A stretch of DNA of 36,054 nt from a virus: IMG/VR virus record IMGVR_UViG_3300025031_000230; one strand, written 5' to 3'. Every line of letters starts with the position of its first letter. Position 1 is the stretch's first letter. The translations under genes were made by a program, and so were the position numbers. The notes under the pieces are model-generated. The model saw nothing but the letters and a program-made list of their open reading frames with translations, did not search any database and was not told where the DNA came from. Of this stretch, positions 1-8,744 are shown one piece after another.

Positions 1-283
1 TTCATTTGGAAGAAAATGTTATTTGGCATAAACTTATGAATACTAATTTATTCACTAGTCATCAAGTTGATTCTTTAATTAATAAAGTTAAATCTGAACA
101 TAATAAAATTAAAGCATTAACTAAATCGCAGTTTAAAACAGCACCAAGCTAAAGTTGAAATGGAATGAAGTTTCTTCAGCTTTAGGAAAGAATAGAAATC
201 ATTGGTATAAAAACATAATGAATTATATTCAACCTACGGTAGTTAAACCTCAATCTGCTCAAGAGATTAATCCTTTTGAGTAG
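1..283 (+). pseudogene. TnpB-like gene relic: N-terminal piece joined out of frame to the C-terminal tail
   Basis: N-terminal frame (HLEENVIWHKLMNTNLFTSHQVD...) stops at TAA 150-152; C-terminal frame (LKWNEVSSALGKNRNHWYKN...INPFE) stops at TAG 281-283. Confidence 0.8.
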
Positions 284-387
284 AACCAAAGCTAGCATAA
301 GCTATCTTTGGAAGTGTAGGTTTATCAGCTTGGTTTAACAACCCCTATCAAGCGACTTGTTTTTCAACAAGGTTTCAGAGGGGCTTG
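284..387 (+). ncRNA. Candidate omega-RNA (reRNA)-like scaffold at the element right end
   Basis: Nested stems CCAAAG/CTTTGG, TAGC/GCTA, AACCAA(A)GCT/AGCTTGGTT, CCCCT/AGGGG and CTTGTT/AACAAG between the TnpB-like stop and the element end. Identity is inferred from position. Confidence 0.45.
360..387 (-). repeat. Right terminal inverted repeat (28 bp)
   Basis: TTTTTCAACAAGGTTTCAGAGGGGCTTG; reverse complement matches 34949-34976 at 27/28. Confidence 0.9.
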
Positions 388-918
388 TATGAATCATATG
401 GTAATGATGAGTATGAATTCATGCAGTTCATACAAAATAAAAATAATTTAAGAGTATGGGGAGATATTAATGGTAATTTATTTTTAGACCCTCAAATATA
501 TAATTATATTGGTGCTAATTTAAGTAATGGAGAATATCATCTTGATGAATTGGTTGAGTTTTTAATGAGTAGAGAAGATGTGGCTTTTATTACTAATTCT
601 GAATCTTCTAGATATGCTAACAATTCTAAATTACTACAGTGTCCATTATCATTATCCAATCCATCACTATCAGAAATTATTTCTGATATACCTTCTTATA
701 ATTCAAAAGAAGGAAATGATGAAACTATTTGTTTAGTTTTTACACCTAACACAGAACAAATAAAGAAAATGATGAATTGGGAAATTAAAAAAGAAACCAA
801 TTACATTCATAATCTTGAAAATTATGTGATAAGAGAACTGTTAGGCTGTGAAAAGTTTAGAAAGGTTCCAGTAGTAGAAGTAGAGCCAGTAGTTCCTAAA
901 AGAAAATTTAAGTCATGA
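385..918 (+). CDS. Hypothetical protein, probably 5'-truncated by the element insertion; basic C-terminal tail
   Basis: The TTG start overlaps the last bases of the TIR; no RBS; alternative ATG at 421; ends PKRKFKS. Confidence 0.6.
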   Translation: MYESYGNDEYEFMQFIQNKNNLRVWGDINGNLFLDPQIYNYIGANLSNGEYHLDELVEFLMSREDVAFITNSESSRYANNSKLLQCPLSLSNPSLSEIISDIPSYNSKEGNDETICLVFTPNTEQIKKMMNWEIKKETNYIHNLENYVIRELLGCEKFRKVPVVEVEPVVPKRKFKS

Positions 919-922
919 ATGA

Positions 923-952
923 TATAGGGTGCTAAAGAATTAGCACCTTATA
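923..952 (+). terminator. Hairpin, likely intrinsic terminator
   Basis: TATAG-GGTGCTAA agaa TTAGCACC-TTATA directly after the 918 stop. Confidence 0.55.
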
Positions 953-1207
953 ATTAATTACTTTTGAAAAAATTCAAAGAATGTAAGTCATCTTGAGTTT
1001 GTAAATTTAAGTTATTGTTTTCAATTGCTGTGGATTTGTTTTTTAATATTTCACGAATTTTAACTACATCAAAAAAAGATGCAATGCCCCAACAAAAAGT
1101 TGCAATTACATTAAATATTAAAGCAATATTATTATGGATTAAATAACTTAATATTAGTTTTATATTGTGGTATAATAAATTCTTGGAAACTTCACTATTT
1201 ATACTTT

Positions 1208-1612
1208 ATGTCACACTTAATTAATAAAATGGAATCAATAAATTATTCGGTTGAAGGAGGTTCGTTAACTGGATATGTAGTAGATTCATCTGAGGAAAAT
1301 ATTCGTAATTATTTAGAATCTCACGGTGCATCTGAAATTTTAATTTGTTCTCTTTTGGAGAAGTATTCTCGTATTGGATTAATTCGGAATATGTATGTTG
1401 AAAAGGGATTTAGAGGTCAAGGAATTGGTGGAGACTTAGTAAGTAATGCAATGAATGAAGCATTTTTAAGTGGTGCTGAAATTGTAATTTTGATAGCAGA
1501 TTTAGGTGAGGATAATTATTATGACCTATCAAAGTGGTATGAAGAAAATTTTGATATGGAAATTATTGGAACAGCAGGTTCAAACCCTATTTTGATTAAA
1601 AAATCAGAATAA
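1208..1612 (+). CDS. GNAT-family N-acetyltransferase
   Basis: Acetyl-CoA motif A: NMYVEKGFRGQGIGGDLV, followed by LSKWYE. Confidence 0.85.
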   Translation: MSHLINKMESINYSVEGGSLTGYVVDSSEENIRNYLESHGASEILICSLLEKYSRIGLIRNMYVEKGFRGQGIGGDLVSNAMNEAFLSGAEIVILIADLGEDNYYDLSKWYEENFDMEIIGTAGSNPILIKKSE

Positions 1613-1635
1613 TATTTTACTTTAAAGGAGAAACA

Positions 1636-1902
1636 ATGGATACAACTTTAACTAGGAAATTAGCTAATTCAGCTTTGGAAGACTATGATTTCGGTCAAGG
1701 GGTAACAGTAGAGGCTATTAATGGATGGGAGTATGATTCAGAATCATCAGAAGTATCCTGTACCGTATTTTTAAAATTTGATGATGATGAACTAGAAGAT
1801 GATTCTCATATTGCTCACTTCAATATAGAGTTTGATGGAGATAAGGTTAAGTGTGCTACTTGTTCATATAATGGTGAGGTTATTGGTCATACTGTTGCTT
1901 AA
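1636..1902 (+). CDS. Small acidic hypothetical protein
   Basis: AAGGAG RBS; co-oriented in the cluster. Confidence 0.75.
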   Translation: MDTTLTRKLANSALEDYDFGQGVTVEAINGWEYDSESSEVSCTVFLKFDDDELEDDSHIAHFNIEFDGDKVKCATCSYNGEVIGHTVA

Positions 1903-1929
1903 TTAAACTAACTTTATAAAGGATTTAAA

Positions 1930-2268
1930 ATGTATACAATTGTTAAACTAATTTATGGAGTTCCTCTTTATAATGGTAATGAAAGAAGTGAAGTAATTGA
2001 AGAGATGATTAAAGATAGATATAACGGTATTTTAAGTTTTTATAGTGGAAATGCTCCAACCCAACCTACTGCATTTGGATTGAATCTTGGAAGTATTGAT
2101 GAAGGAAAACATCATACGGAAATGAGTTCTTTAGAAAAGGTTATTAATGTTTCGGAAGATATGAAGAAAAGATACCAAGAACTTATTGATGAACTTGAAG
2201 AAGATCAAAAAGAGGCAATTCTTGAGTATGGAAGTCCACGAGGATTTCTATTGTGGACTTCATCATAA
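1930..2268 (+). CDS. Hypothetical protein
   Basis: AAGGA RBS; co-oriented ORF. Confidence 0.75.
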   Translation: MYTIVKLIYGVPLYNGNERSEVIEEMIKDRYNGILSFYSGNAPTQPTAFGLNLGSIDEGKHHTEMSSLEKVINVSEDMKKRYQELIDELEEDQKEAILEYGSPRGFLLWTSS

Positions 2269-2354
2269 TTAACTAAATAATTTTTTAAAATTATAAACAA
2301 ACAATAGTAATTAATGTTATAATTCAGTCATCTAAATTAAATAAGGAATTTAAT

Positions 2355-3317
2355 ATGTCACATTTTACAGTTGTTGTTGTTGGTTCTGATATTGATGAGC
2401 AAATGGAACCTTATGCAGAACAAGACTTCGAAGAAAAGTATGGTGTTTTTAATAATACAGAAGATGAGAATTTAGAAGAATATCAAAATAAAGATGTTGA
2501 TATTGTTGTATTGGTCGATGGAAGTCTTCATAATAAATATGAAGAACAGTTTAAGAGGATTAATGCAAAAACATTTAGTTCAGATTACATTTATCCAGAA
2601 GGTTCTGTAATTCGACAAGGTAAATTTTCTGAACTCTATTCAACTTTTGAAGAATTTATGGAAGGTTGGCATCGAACTTCACAACGTGATGAAAAAACAG
2701 GTCTTTATGGCTATTGGCATAATCCTCAGTCTCATTTTGATTGGTATAGTATTGGTGGTCGCTGGACGGGTTATTTTAAACCCAAAGCTGGGGCAACTGG
2801 TGAGTTAGGTCGTCCAGGATTAATGACTCAATCACCAGCTAATGGTTGGGTAGATTCAATTAAGGTTGGAGATATTGATGTAGAAGGTATGCAAGAAGAG
2901 TCTGTTCGTGAAGCTAATGAAACTTACGATAAAATTGAAGCAATTCTTCAAGGACGTACTTATCCATCATGGACTGTTATTCGTGAAAAGCATAATGAAG
3001 ACATTGAGGCTGCTCGTGCCGAATATAATGATAATGAAGTTGTGAAAGATTTCAATAAGGCTCAATTCCATATTTGGGGGGATTTCGTAGAAACATATGG
3101 TAATAGTCGTGAAGAATATGTTGAACGTCAAAAGAATAGGACAATGGTGCCTTTTGCAGTTGTGAAAGACGGTCAATGGTATCAAAAGGGTGAAATGGGT
3201 TGGTGGGGTTGTTCTACTGATGAAATGACTCAAGATGAATGGAATGCTAAGTTTTGGGAAATGATTAATTCACTTTCTCCAGAAACTGAATTAACTCTAC
3301 TTGATTGTCATATCTAA
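2355..3317 (+). CDS. Conserved phage-type hypothetical protein (SHF...DWYSIGGRW...KGEMGWWG...DCHI)
   Basis: TGTTATAAT extended -10 and TAAGGA RBS upstream; Trp-rich motifs I recognise from phage hypotheticals; function unknown. Confidence 0.8.
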   Translation: MSHFTVVVVGSDIDEQMEPYAEQDFEEKYGVFNNTEDENLEEYQNKDVDIVVLVDGSLHNKYEEQFKRINAKTFSSDYIYPEGSVIRQGKFSELYSTFEEFMEGWHRTSQRDEKTGLYGYWHNPQSHFDWYSIGGRWTGYFKPKAGATGELGRPGLMTQSPANGWVDSIKVGDIDVEGMQEESVREANETYDKIEAILQGRTYPSWTVIREKHNEDIEAARAEYNDNEVVKDFNKAQFHIWGDFVETYGNSREEYVERQKNRTMVPFAVVKDGQWYQKGEMGWWGCSTDEMTQDEWNAKFWEMINSLSPETELTLLDCHI

Positions 3318-3340
3318 AATTTAGTTAGATATTTAAAAAG

Positions 3341-3369
3341 AAACCTTGTGAGAAATTGCAAGGCTTTTT
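3341..3369. terminator. Possible bidirectional terminator between convergent genes
   Basis: CCTTG/CAAGG stem with A and T tracts; weak. Confidence 0.35.
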
Positions 3370-4649
3370 AATTTATTGTAAGTGATTTGTTTTGTGTTTT
3401 TAGTTCAAGGAATTTTTCTCGTAAACTACAAATTGTTTGGCTAAGGCTAAGATTATTTATTTTTTCTAAATTAATACTTAATTGTTGTGAATTGTAATTA
3501 GATTGTTGAGTTCCGTAATTTTCAGAAAATTGATTAAGTTTTAATTCAGAAAAATTAGCCTTATCAAACTTAATTAAGTCTTCTTTCTGTAGTTGTTTTC
3601 TATATTGTTTAATAATATCTTTTTTTGATAACTGAGAACATTTGTTATCAAAATCAAAATAGGGTGCATTATTATCTAGAGTATTTATTGAATCATATTG
3701 GCAATAAAATGTTCTAATATTATTTAAATGAGATTCAAATTTATCAAAAAAAGTATTGATAGAGCAGTTATGTCTTGTTTGACAAAAATCTTTTAATTCT
3801 AAGAGAAACAAGTTGTTATTTTTTGCTTCTTCTTTCATTGTTTTATATAAACCATCTAATGCTTCAACTTGAATGATGTGATGAATTGCTTCAAAATTAT
3901 TGTTAGCAATATTTAAAATATCTTCCTTTTGAACACTATTAATTAAATTATCTTTAAATTTTTGAATTCCATGAAAATTAAAATATTCTGTAGTAGAAAA
4001 TTTTCCTTTTAAAACTTGACCATCATTTATTGATAATACATTACTATCTTTTATTTCTTTATAATTAAGTTCTCTAAATGTTTTAATTTTATCAAAAATA
4101 TCTTTTGAATCATTTTTTAAATAAACAATCAATCCAGAATAAATGTCAGCATAAGATTCCATAAAGTTTTGTTGCATAAATCTTACTATACCATTAGGAG
4201 TTTTATTATTTGCTTTAAAAAAATCATGTATATCAATTAATTTCACATTAGGCGAGTCTGCTATTTTTGTATGAGTTAGGCAAATATCCCCATATTGTCC
4301 AATATTCCAATTACTTGCTGATTCTTGTTTCCTTAAAAAGTAATGATTTGCTTGATGACCAAATTCATGTGATACAATAGTGTCTAATGCATCTATACCA
4401 AAAATTTTCTGAGCACCTTCATAAGTTTTTTTATTTTCTAAATTTTCCAAAAATCTACTTGGTATATTTATTTTTTCTTTTTCCCGACTGTATTTCAATG
4501 ATTCGAAATTATTTTGGTCATATCCATCTTCTTTTATTTTATATATATAAGTTATTATCACTAATAAATTTCAAAACTTCATTTGTTTGAAATTTTGTTT
4601 GATTGTTAGTAAAAAATTTTTTAATTTTGTTATATGTTTTTCTTATCAT
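3368..4649 (-). pseudogene. HExxH zinc-metallopeptidase-like gene, frameshifted at a (TA)5 tract
   Basis: SHEFGH and ESYAD motifs in the 3368-4561 frame. An ATG at 4649 (ATGA overlap with the upstream stop) opens 36 codons that end just past the TA tract at 4540-4549; adding one TA joins the frames into 427 aa. Confidence 0.7.
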
Positions 4650-5062
4650 AAAATAATTATATCAACTTCAAAATCTGTTTCAATTTTTTGAAGTTCAATA
4701 TTGGTTTTGGCAATTATGATTTTATTATTTTTAACAAATGGATGATTAATAATTCTTTCATCTAAAGATGCTAGTTCATAATAAAATTTATCACCAAAAT
4801 CAAAAAGAATACTACTTTTCCATATATAAATTTTAGATTCAGTTGAATTATTAAATTTATCCCAAAATTCTTTTTCTTTGGAATCAATAAATAATGTATC
4901 TAAATAATTTTCTTCCATAAAGAAATTAAGACACTTAAGTTCTTTACCTTTAATTTTATTTCCTTTGTTTCCTTTATAATATGTAATGAAATATTCATTA
5001 TCATTTTCTATCTTAGGATATTGATTAATATATGCTTGAGCAATTTCTTTAGAAGTTTTCAT
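4646..5062 (-). CDS. Hypothetical protein, paralog 1 of a tandem pair
   Basis: Shares MKTSK..AQ.YI, YYKGN.GN, LDTL.IDSKEKEFWDK, SSILFDF, FYYEL and DIIIL with 5271-5696. Confidence 0.85.
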   Translation of the reverse strand: MKTSKEIAQAYINQYPKIENDNEYFITYYKGNKGNKIKGKELKCLNFFMEENYLDTLFIDSKEKEFWDKFNNSTESKIYIWKSSILFDFGDKFYYELASLDERIINHPFVKNNKIIIAKTNIELQKIETDFEVDIIIL

Positions 5063-5115
5063 AATTATTTCCTTATTTTTTTTAAGTAGTATAATTTGTT
5101 TACAAAATAAATCAA
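5063..5115 (-). promoter_or_regulatory. Sigma70-like promoter and RBS of paralog 1
   Basis: TTGATT-N16-TATACT (5115-5088), then AAGGAAATAATT-ATG; nearly identical to 5697-5747. Confidence 0.55.
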
Positions 5116-5141
5116 ATGTAGATGAAATAACTAATGAACAT

Positions 5142-5189
5142 AAGACTTTATAGAAAATAATTTCAAATTGTTATTTTCTATAAAGTCTT
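5142..5189. repeat. Perfect 19-bp inverted repeat with 10-nt loop
   Basis: AAGACTTTATAGAAAATAA (5142-5160) / TTATTTTCTATAAAGTCTT (5171-5189). Confidence 0.85.
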
Positions 5190-5270
5190 TAACTCCATTA
5201 AAAATGGGTGTGGTATCATAAGAAGAAACTTCTATTGAAGGTTTCTTAAAAATTTTATTCAATAAAGATT

Positions 5271-5696
5271 TCATAAAATAATTATATCAGTTTCAAAAGA
5301 TTCTTCAAAATTTTCTAAATTTTTATTAAACTTTGCTATATATGATTTTTGATTTTTTAAAATAAAACTATCAGAACCACTTAGCTCATTTCTTAGGCAA
5401 GGTAGTTCATAATAGAAGTTTTCATTAAAATCAAAAAGAATACTGCTTCCCCACATATACACGGTACAAGCTAAAGAACCATTTATTTTATCCCAAAACT
5501 CTTTTTCTTTTGAATCAATAAGTAAGGTGTCTAAATTATTTAAGTCAAGATAATGCTTCAAATATTTAGTTTTTTTAGCTTTAATTTCATTACCATTATT
5601 TCCTTTATAATATTCAAAAAGGCATTCATTTTCATTTCTTTCAACTTGTGAATATTCATCAATATATTCTTGAGCCATTTGTTTAGATGTTTTCAT
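5271..5696 (-). CDS. Hypothetical protein, paralog 2 of the tandem pair
   Basis: Start moved to ATG 5696 (MKTSKQ) by homology to paralog 1 and the shared RBS. Confidence 0.85.
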   Translation of the reverse strand: MKTSKQMAQEYIDEYSQVERNENECLFEYYKGNNGNEIKAKKTKYLKHYLDLNNLDTLLIDSKEKEFWDKINGSLACTVYMWGSSILFDFNENFYYELPCLRNELSGSDSFILKNQKSYIAKFNKNLENFEESFETDIIIL

Positions 5697-5747
5697 AATT
5701 ATTTCCTTATTTTTAAGTAGTATAAAAATGTTTACAAAATAAATCAA
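5697..5747 (-). promoter_or_regulatory. Sigma70-like promoter and RBS of paralog 2
   Basis: TTGATT-N17-TATACT (5747-5719); duplicate of 5063-5115. Confidence 0.55.
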
Positions 5748-5792
5748 ATATTGTTTTTTTAAAGTAGATTACACAAATTTAACTTACCCTAA

Positions 5793-6098
5793 GTATAGTA
5801 TTGGTGGTCGTTGGACAGGATATTTTAAACCAAAGGCTGGAGCTAGTGGTTATGTAGGAAAACCAGGATTAATGACTCAATCACCAACTAATGGTTGGGT
5901 AGATTCAATTAAGGTTGGAGATATTGATGTAGAAGGTATGCAAGCTGAATCTGTTCGTGAGAAACATAATGAAGACATTGAGGCTGCTCGTGCCGAATAT
6001 AATTCACTGCAAGTTGTGAAAGATGGTCAGTGGTATCAAAAGGGAGAAATGGGTTGGTGGGGTTGTTCTACTGATGAAATGACTCAAGATGAATGGAA
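5793..6098 (+). pseudogene. Partial duplicate of the 2355-3317 gene with two internal in-frame deletions
   Basis: Aligns to about 2744-3243 minus 75 bp and 120 bp; lacks both ends. Confidence 0.85.
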
Positions 6099-6107
6099 GA
6101 ATATACC

Positions 6108-6530
6108 ATGAGTAAAGTATATGAATTAAAACAAGACTTAGAAAACTATGCTAATTTTGTAGAACAAAGAAATACATTAGAAGATTCTTTTTATTATAAA
6201 TATTGGGGATTAAAAACTATTGATTTAAATGAATTTAAATCAATAAAATTAAAGTTGTATGTTTCTGATACAGGAAAGAAAAACTATCAAACAGATATTA
6301 GTCATATTAGTAGTGGTTCATTTGTTTTTAGTGAAAAAGCTATTAATTTTTTAAAAGAAATACTAGAAAAAAAAGGACAGTTTTCCCCTGTTGAAACAGA
6401 AAGTAAGAGAAAAAAGTTTTATGGATTTTATGCGAATAAAACCCCATACGATGGTTCTATAATTAATTTTGAAAAATCAGTTTGGAGACAGGCAGAAAAA
6501 TTTAAAGAAAAAGTTCTTCATAGTAGTTGA
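6108..6530 (+). CDS. Hypothetical protein, weakly Imm11/DUF1629 immunity-like, possibly truncated
   Basis: FVFSEKA..FLKEILE..GQF.PV...INFEKSVW resembles Imm11-type proteins from memory; ATG 6108 or 6093. Confidence 0.4.
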   Translation: MSKVYELKQDLENYANFVEQRNTLEDSFYYKYWGLKTIDLNEFKSIKLKLYVSDTGKKNYQTDISHISSGSFVFSEKAINFLKEILEKKGQFSPVETESKRKKFYGFYANKTPYDGSIINFEKSVWRQAEKFKEKVLHSS

Positions 6531-6730
6531 ATTACACAAGAAAAACATAATGATTTGTTGTGGGGCAGTTCCAAATAGTGAATGGGTTGATGTGTCAGTG
6601 AATAATCGTTTTAAAGAACGGTATTTTCATCTTCATCGTGACTGTGGAGCTAAAGTTTTTGAAATAATTCAAGAAAGTGAACTTGGTATAAATAAAGATA
6701 AATTTCAAATTAAAGAATGGAGATTAAATT

Positions 6731-7633
6731 ATGAGTTGGTTTGATAATATAAGTAACCAAAAGGTTGAAAGTATAAAATATGCAATTAATTATGAATTGG
6801 ATAATAATGAAAAAAAATTATTAGAATTATCTAAAAATCATACATATTTAGTTAAGTGGATTACTGAACCTTTTGAAAAATTTGGATATGCAAAAGAATT
6901 AATGTCTGTAAGAAAATATTACAGAATGAATTCTTTGCAAGAAAAAAACTATATGAATGTTTCAGCGATATTAGATTGGAATATTAAAAGTTTAGATATC
7001 AAAAATAGAGTTAAATATTTCTTTCTAAGCTTGTTTGTCGCAAAAGATATTAGTTTAATAAAGTCATTTTTATTTTATTTATTGTTTTTCGAGTCAATAA
7101 TTGTTATTTTTAAATCCATGGCTATAAAACTTTTAATGGCTGATGTTTTTAAATTAATTTTATTATTTACATATTCTATACCTATTATTGTAATTTCATC
7201 ATTGTTCGTTAATCTAATGTTGCCTTTAATTATGTTTTACAAAAAAGGTATATTTATAGATTTATATGGAAATAAACAAGAACAAGAAAAAACTAAAAAA
7301 TTAGCATTAGATACAATAATGAAATTAAGTGGTGTGTATGAAAAAATAAATATAAAAAAAGACGATGAAACAGACTTTTTATTAAGTGTGGAATTGTTAA
7401 GTAAAAAATATCAAAATGGAACAATTGAAAAATTAAAAAATGAAAATCCATATATAAATTTTTGTGAAGAAATATATGAAAAAAATAATTTATTACCAAA
7501 GGTTAATTATTCTTATGAAGAATTGTTGCAAAAAAATAAAGAAAAGTTAGTTCTAGAAAATAAAGAAAGTTTAGAAAAACTCTTAACAAATGAATTAAAA
7601 GAAGAAAAGGTAAAAAAACAAGTAAAAATATAA
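6731..7633 (+). CDS. Hypothetical membrane protein with K-I tail
   Basis: Hydrophobic stretches around aa 95-170; ends ESLEKLLTNELKEEKVKKQVKI. Confidence 0.8.
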   Translation: MSWFDNISNQKVESIKYAINYELDNNEKKLLELSKNHTYLVKWITEPFEKFGYAKELMSVRKYYRMNSLQEKNYMNVSAILDWNIKSLDIKNRVKYFFLSLFVAKDISLIKSFLFYLLFFESIIVIFKSMAIKLLMADVFKLILLFTYSIPIIVISSLFVNLMLPLIMFYKKGIFIDLYGNKQEQEKTKKLALDTIMKLSGVYEKINIKKDDETDFLLSVELLSKKYQNGTIEKLKNENPYINFCEEIYEKNNLLPKVNYSYEELLQKNKEKLVLENKESLEKLLTNELKEEKVKKQVKI

Positions 7634-7690
7634 TGATATAGGTTCACTTTTAATAGGTTCAATGTTAATTGTAGTTATACTTATCTTAAT

Positions 7691-7918
7691 GTGGAACATT
7701 ATAATTTTTCAGATATTCTTGCCGTAATTGTTGATATGGTGATTGCAAATAAAGTAGTTCAAAAAATCATTAATAAAGAAGAAGAAAATATAGATAAAGC
7801 TAACAAAAAAAGAAACTTTAATTTATTTAAATACTCAATAACTACCACTGAAAATCATTTTACTAGGACAAGCCGTAAGGCACCGAACTTCAGGTCGAAA
7901 GCTTCGCAAACCCTGTAA
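7691..7918 (+). CDS. Possible degraded ORF whose 3' end runs into a GC-richer insert
   Basis: GTG start without RBS; composition changes near 7862. Confidence 0.25.
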   Translation: MEHYNFSDILAVIVDMVIANKVVQKIINKEEENIDKANKKRNFNLFKYSITTTENHFTRTSRKAPNFRSKASQTL

Positions 7919-7965
7919 GTGTTGATGTAAGGCTTACAAACCGAAGCACATTGCGTAGGTTTGAT
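7862..7965 (+). ncRNA. GC-richer structured island, candidate ncRNA or IS-end relic
   Basis: GCC-GTAA-GGC GNRA hairpin, CAGG/CCTG enclosing CGAA-AGC-TTCG, and AAACC/GGTTT enclosing GCA-CAT-TGC. Confidence 0.3.
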
Positions 7966-7989
7966 ATGTATTATATCTGTTAAAATTGA

Positions 7990-8018
7990 TTGACAAAATT
8001 AAATATAAATTATATGAT
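7990..8018 (+). promoter_or_regulatory. Sigma70-like promoter
   Basis: TTGACA-N17-TATGAT upstream of 8124. Confidence 0.65.
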
Positions 8019-8123
8019 TATATTAATCATTCATGAACCCAAAAGATATTCAACCAAACCATAGAACTCAATCCATTAAAGAAACACAAGCTAAAAAAAT
8101 TGTAAATTAAAGTAGGTATAGAT

Positions 8124-8645
8124 ATGAAATTAAATGATTTTAAAATAGGTCAACAATTTATTGCTTCAGCTGGTCTGCCCTGGCTGTGCACAGATAAAGG
8201 CACAAGAACAATTACGGCTATTATGTTAGAACCACATAAGGATATGTCTTGGTTTGTTGGTCCCCCATATGTCGTGGATGAGGTTGTGTTTGATGAACAT
8301 GATATGTTAGCTTGTCATATTGATATAGAAAACATATTGTTAGATAGAGTGAAAAATAAAATATCTTGTCATCCTGCTTTTCTGTCAGAAGATGTTTTTA
8401 AAATGCTTAAAGATAAAAATTATAGTTATCATAGAAAAAATATTTTAAAAAAAGACAGAGTTTCGGGTGATGGAGGTATTATTCATCCATATTCAGCAAA
8501 GCTTACAAACAAAGGTTGGTATATTAAAACCTTTGAGTTGTTTTCAAGGGAATATTCAGAAGTTCATGAGAATGACTTTATTAAATTTCCAATAGCAACT
8601 GAAAAATCTATGAAAAGTAGAAAAAAGAAATTAAATATTAAGTGA
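8124..8645 (+). CDS. Conserved-looking hypothetical protein (W.CTD.GTRTI.A...SWF.GPPY...E.VFDE)
   Basis: ATG with AGGT RBS; motif seen in mobile-element hypotheticals from memory. Confidence 0.75.
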   Translation: MKLNDFKIGQQFIASAGLPWLCTDKGTRTITAIMLEPHKDMSWFVGPPYVVDEVVFDEHDMLACHIDIENILLDRVKNKISCHPAFLSEDVFKMLKDKNYSYHRKNILKKDRVSGDGGIIHPYSAKLTNKGWYIKTFELFSREYSEVHENDFIKFPIATEKSMKSRKKKLNIK

Positions 8646-8744
8646 ATAACACAAACCTAAAGACAGCCAACTTTCTACTATTCATAGTTAATATATAATT
8701 TCCACATTCACTCGTATTATTGCTTACAAATGGGGAAATGCTTA

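Larger units (their letters stand above)
1..387 (+). mobile_element. Internally deleted copy of the TnpB-like TIR element (left end lies before the window)
   Basis: 1-130 matches 35131-35260 (7 mismatches by eye); 153-264 matches the reverse complement of 8797-8908 (2 mismatches); 360-387 is an inverted copy of 34949-34976 (27/28). Confidence 0.85.

Noticed and set aside
1-130. Similarity between window start and end as circularity or terminal redundancy
   Set aside because: About 95% identical only, matches an internal position (35131) and diverges after about 130 nt; these are separate element copies.
955-1205. Open minus-strand frame with a hydrophobic stretch
   Set aside because: No ATG/GTG/TTG start after the preceding stop; at best a gene relic.
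2967-3233. Antisense or alternative-frame ORFs in the track (2967, 4387, 7293, 10418, 11655, 11672, 11946, 13274, 16714, 18036, 18639, 18749, 20991, 25393, 25725, 26114, 27114, 28525, 28652, 29464, 33136, 34495)
   Set aside because: Each overlaps a better-supported gene and has no motif or RBS.
5872-6111. 79-aa ORF as an independent gene
   Set aside because: Internal Met of the deleted duplicate; no RBS.
6469-6744. ORF as frameshifted continuation of the Imm11-like gene
   Set aside because: No slippery site or clear family motif at the join; cannot be supported without homologs.
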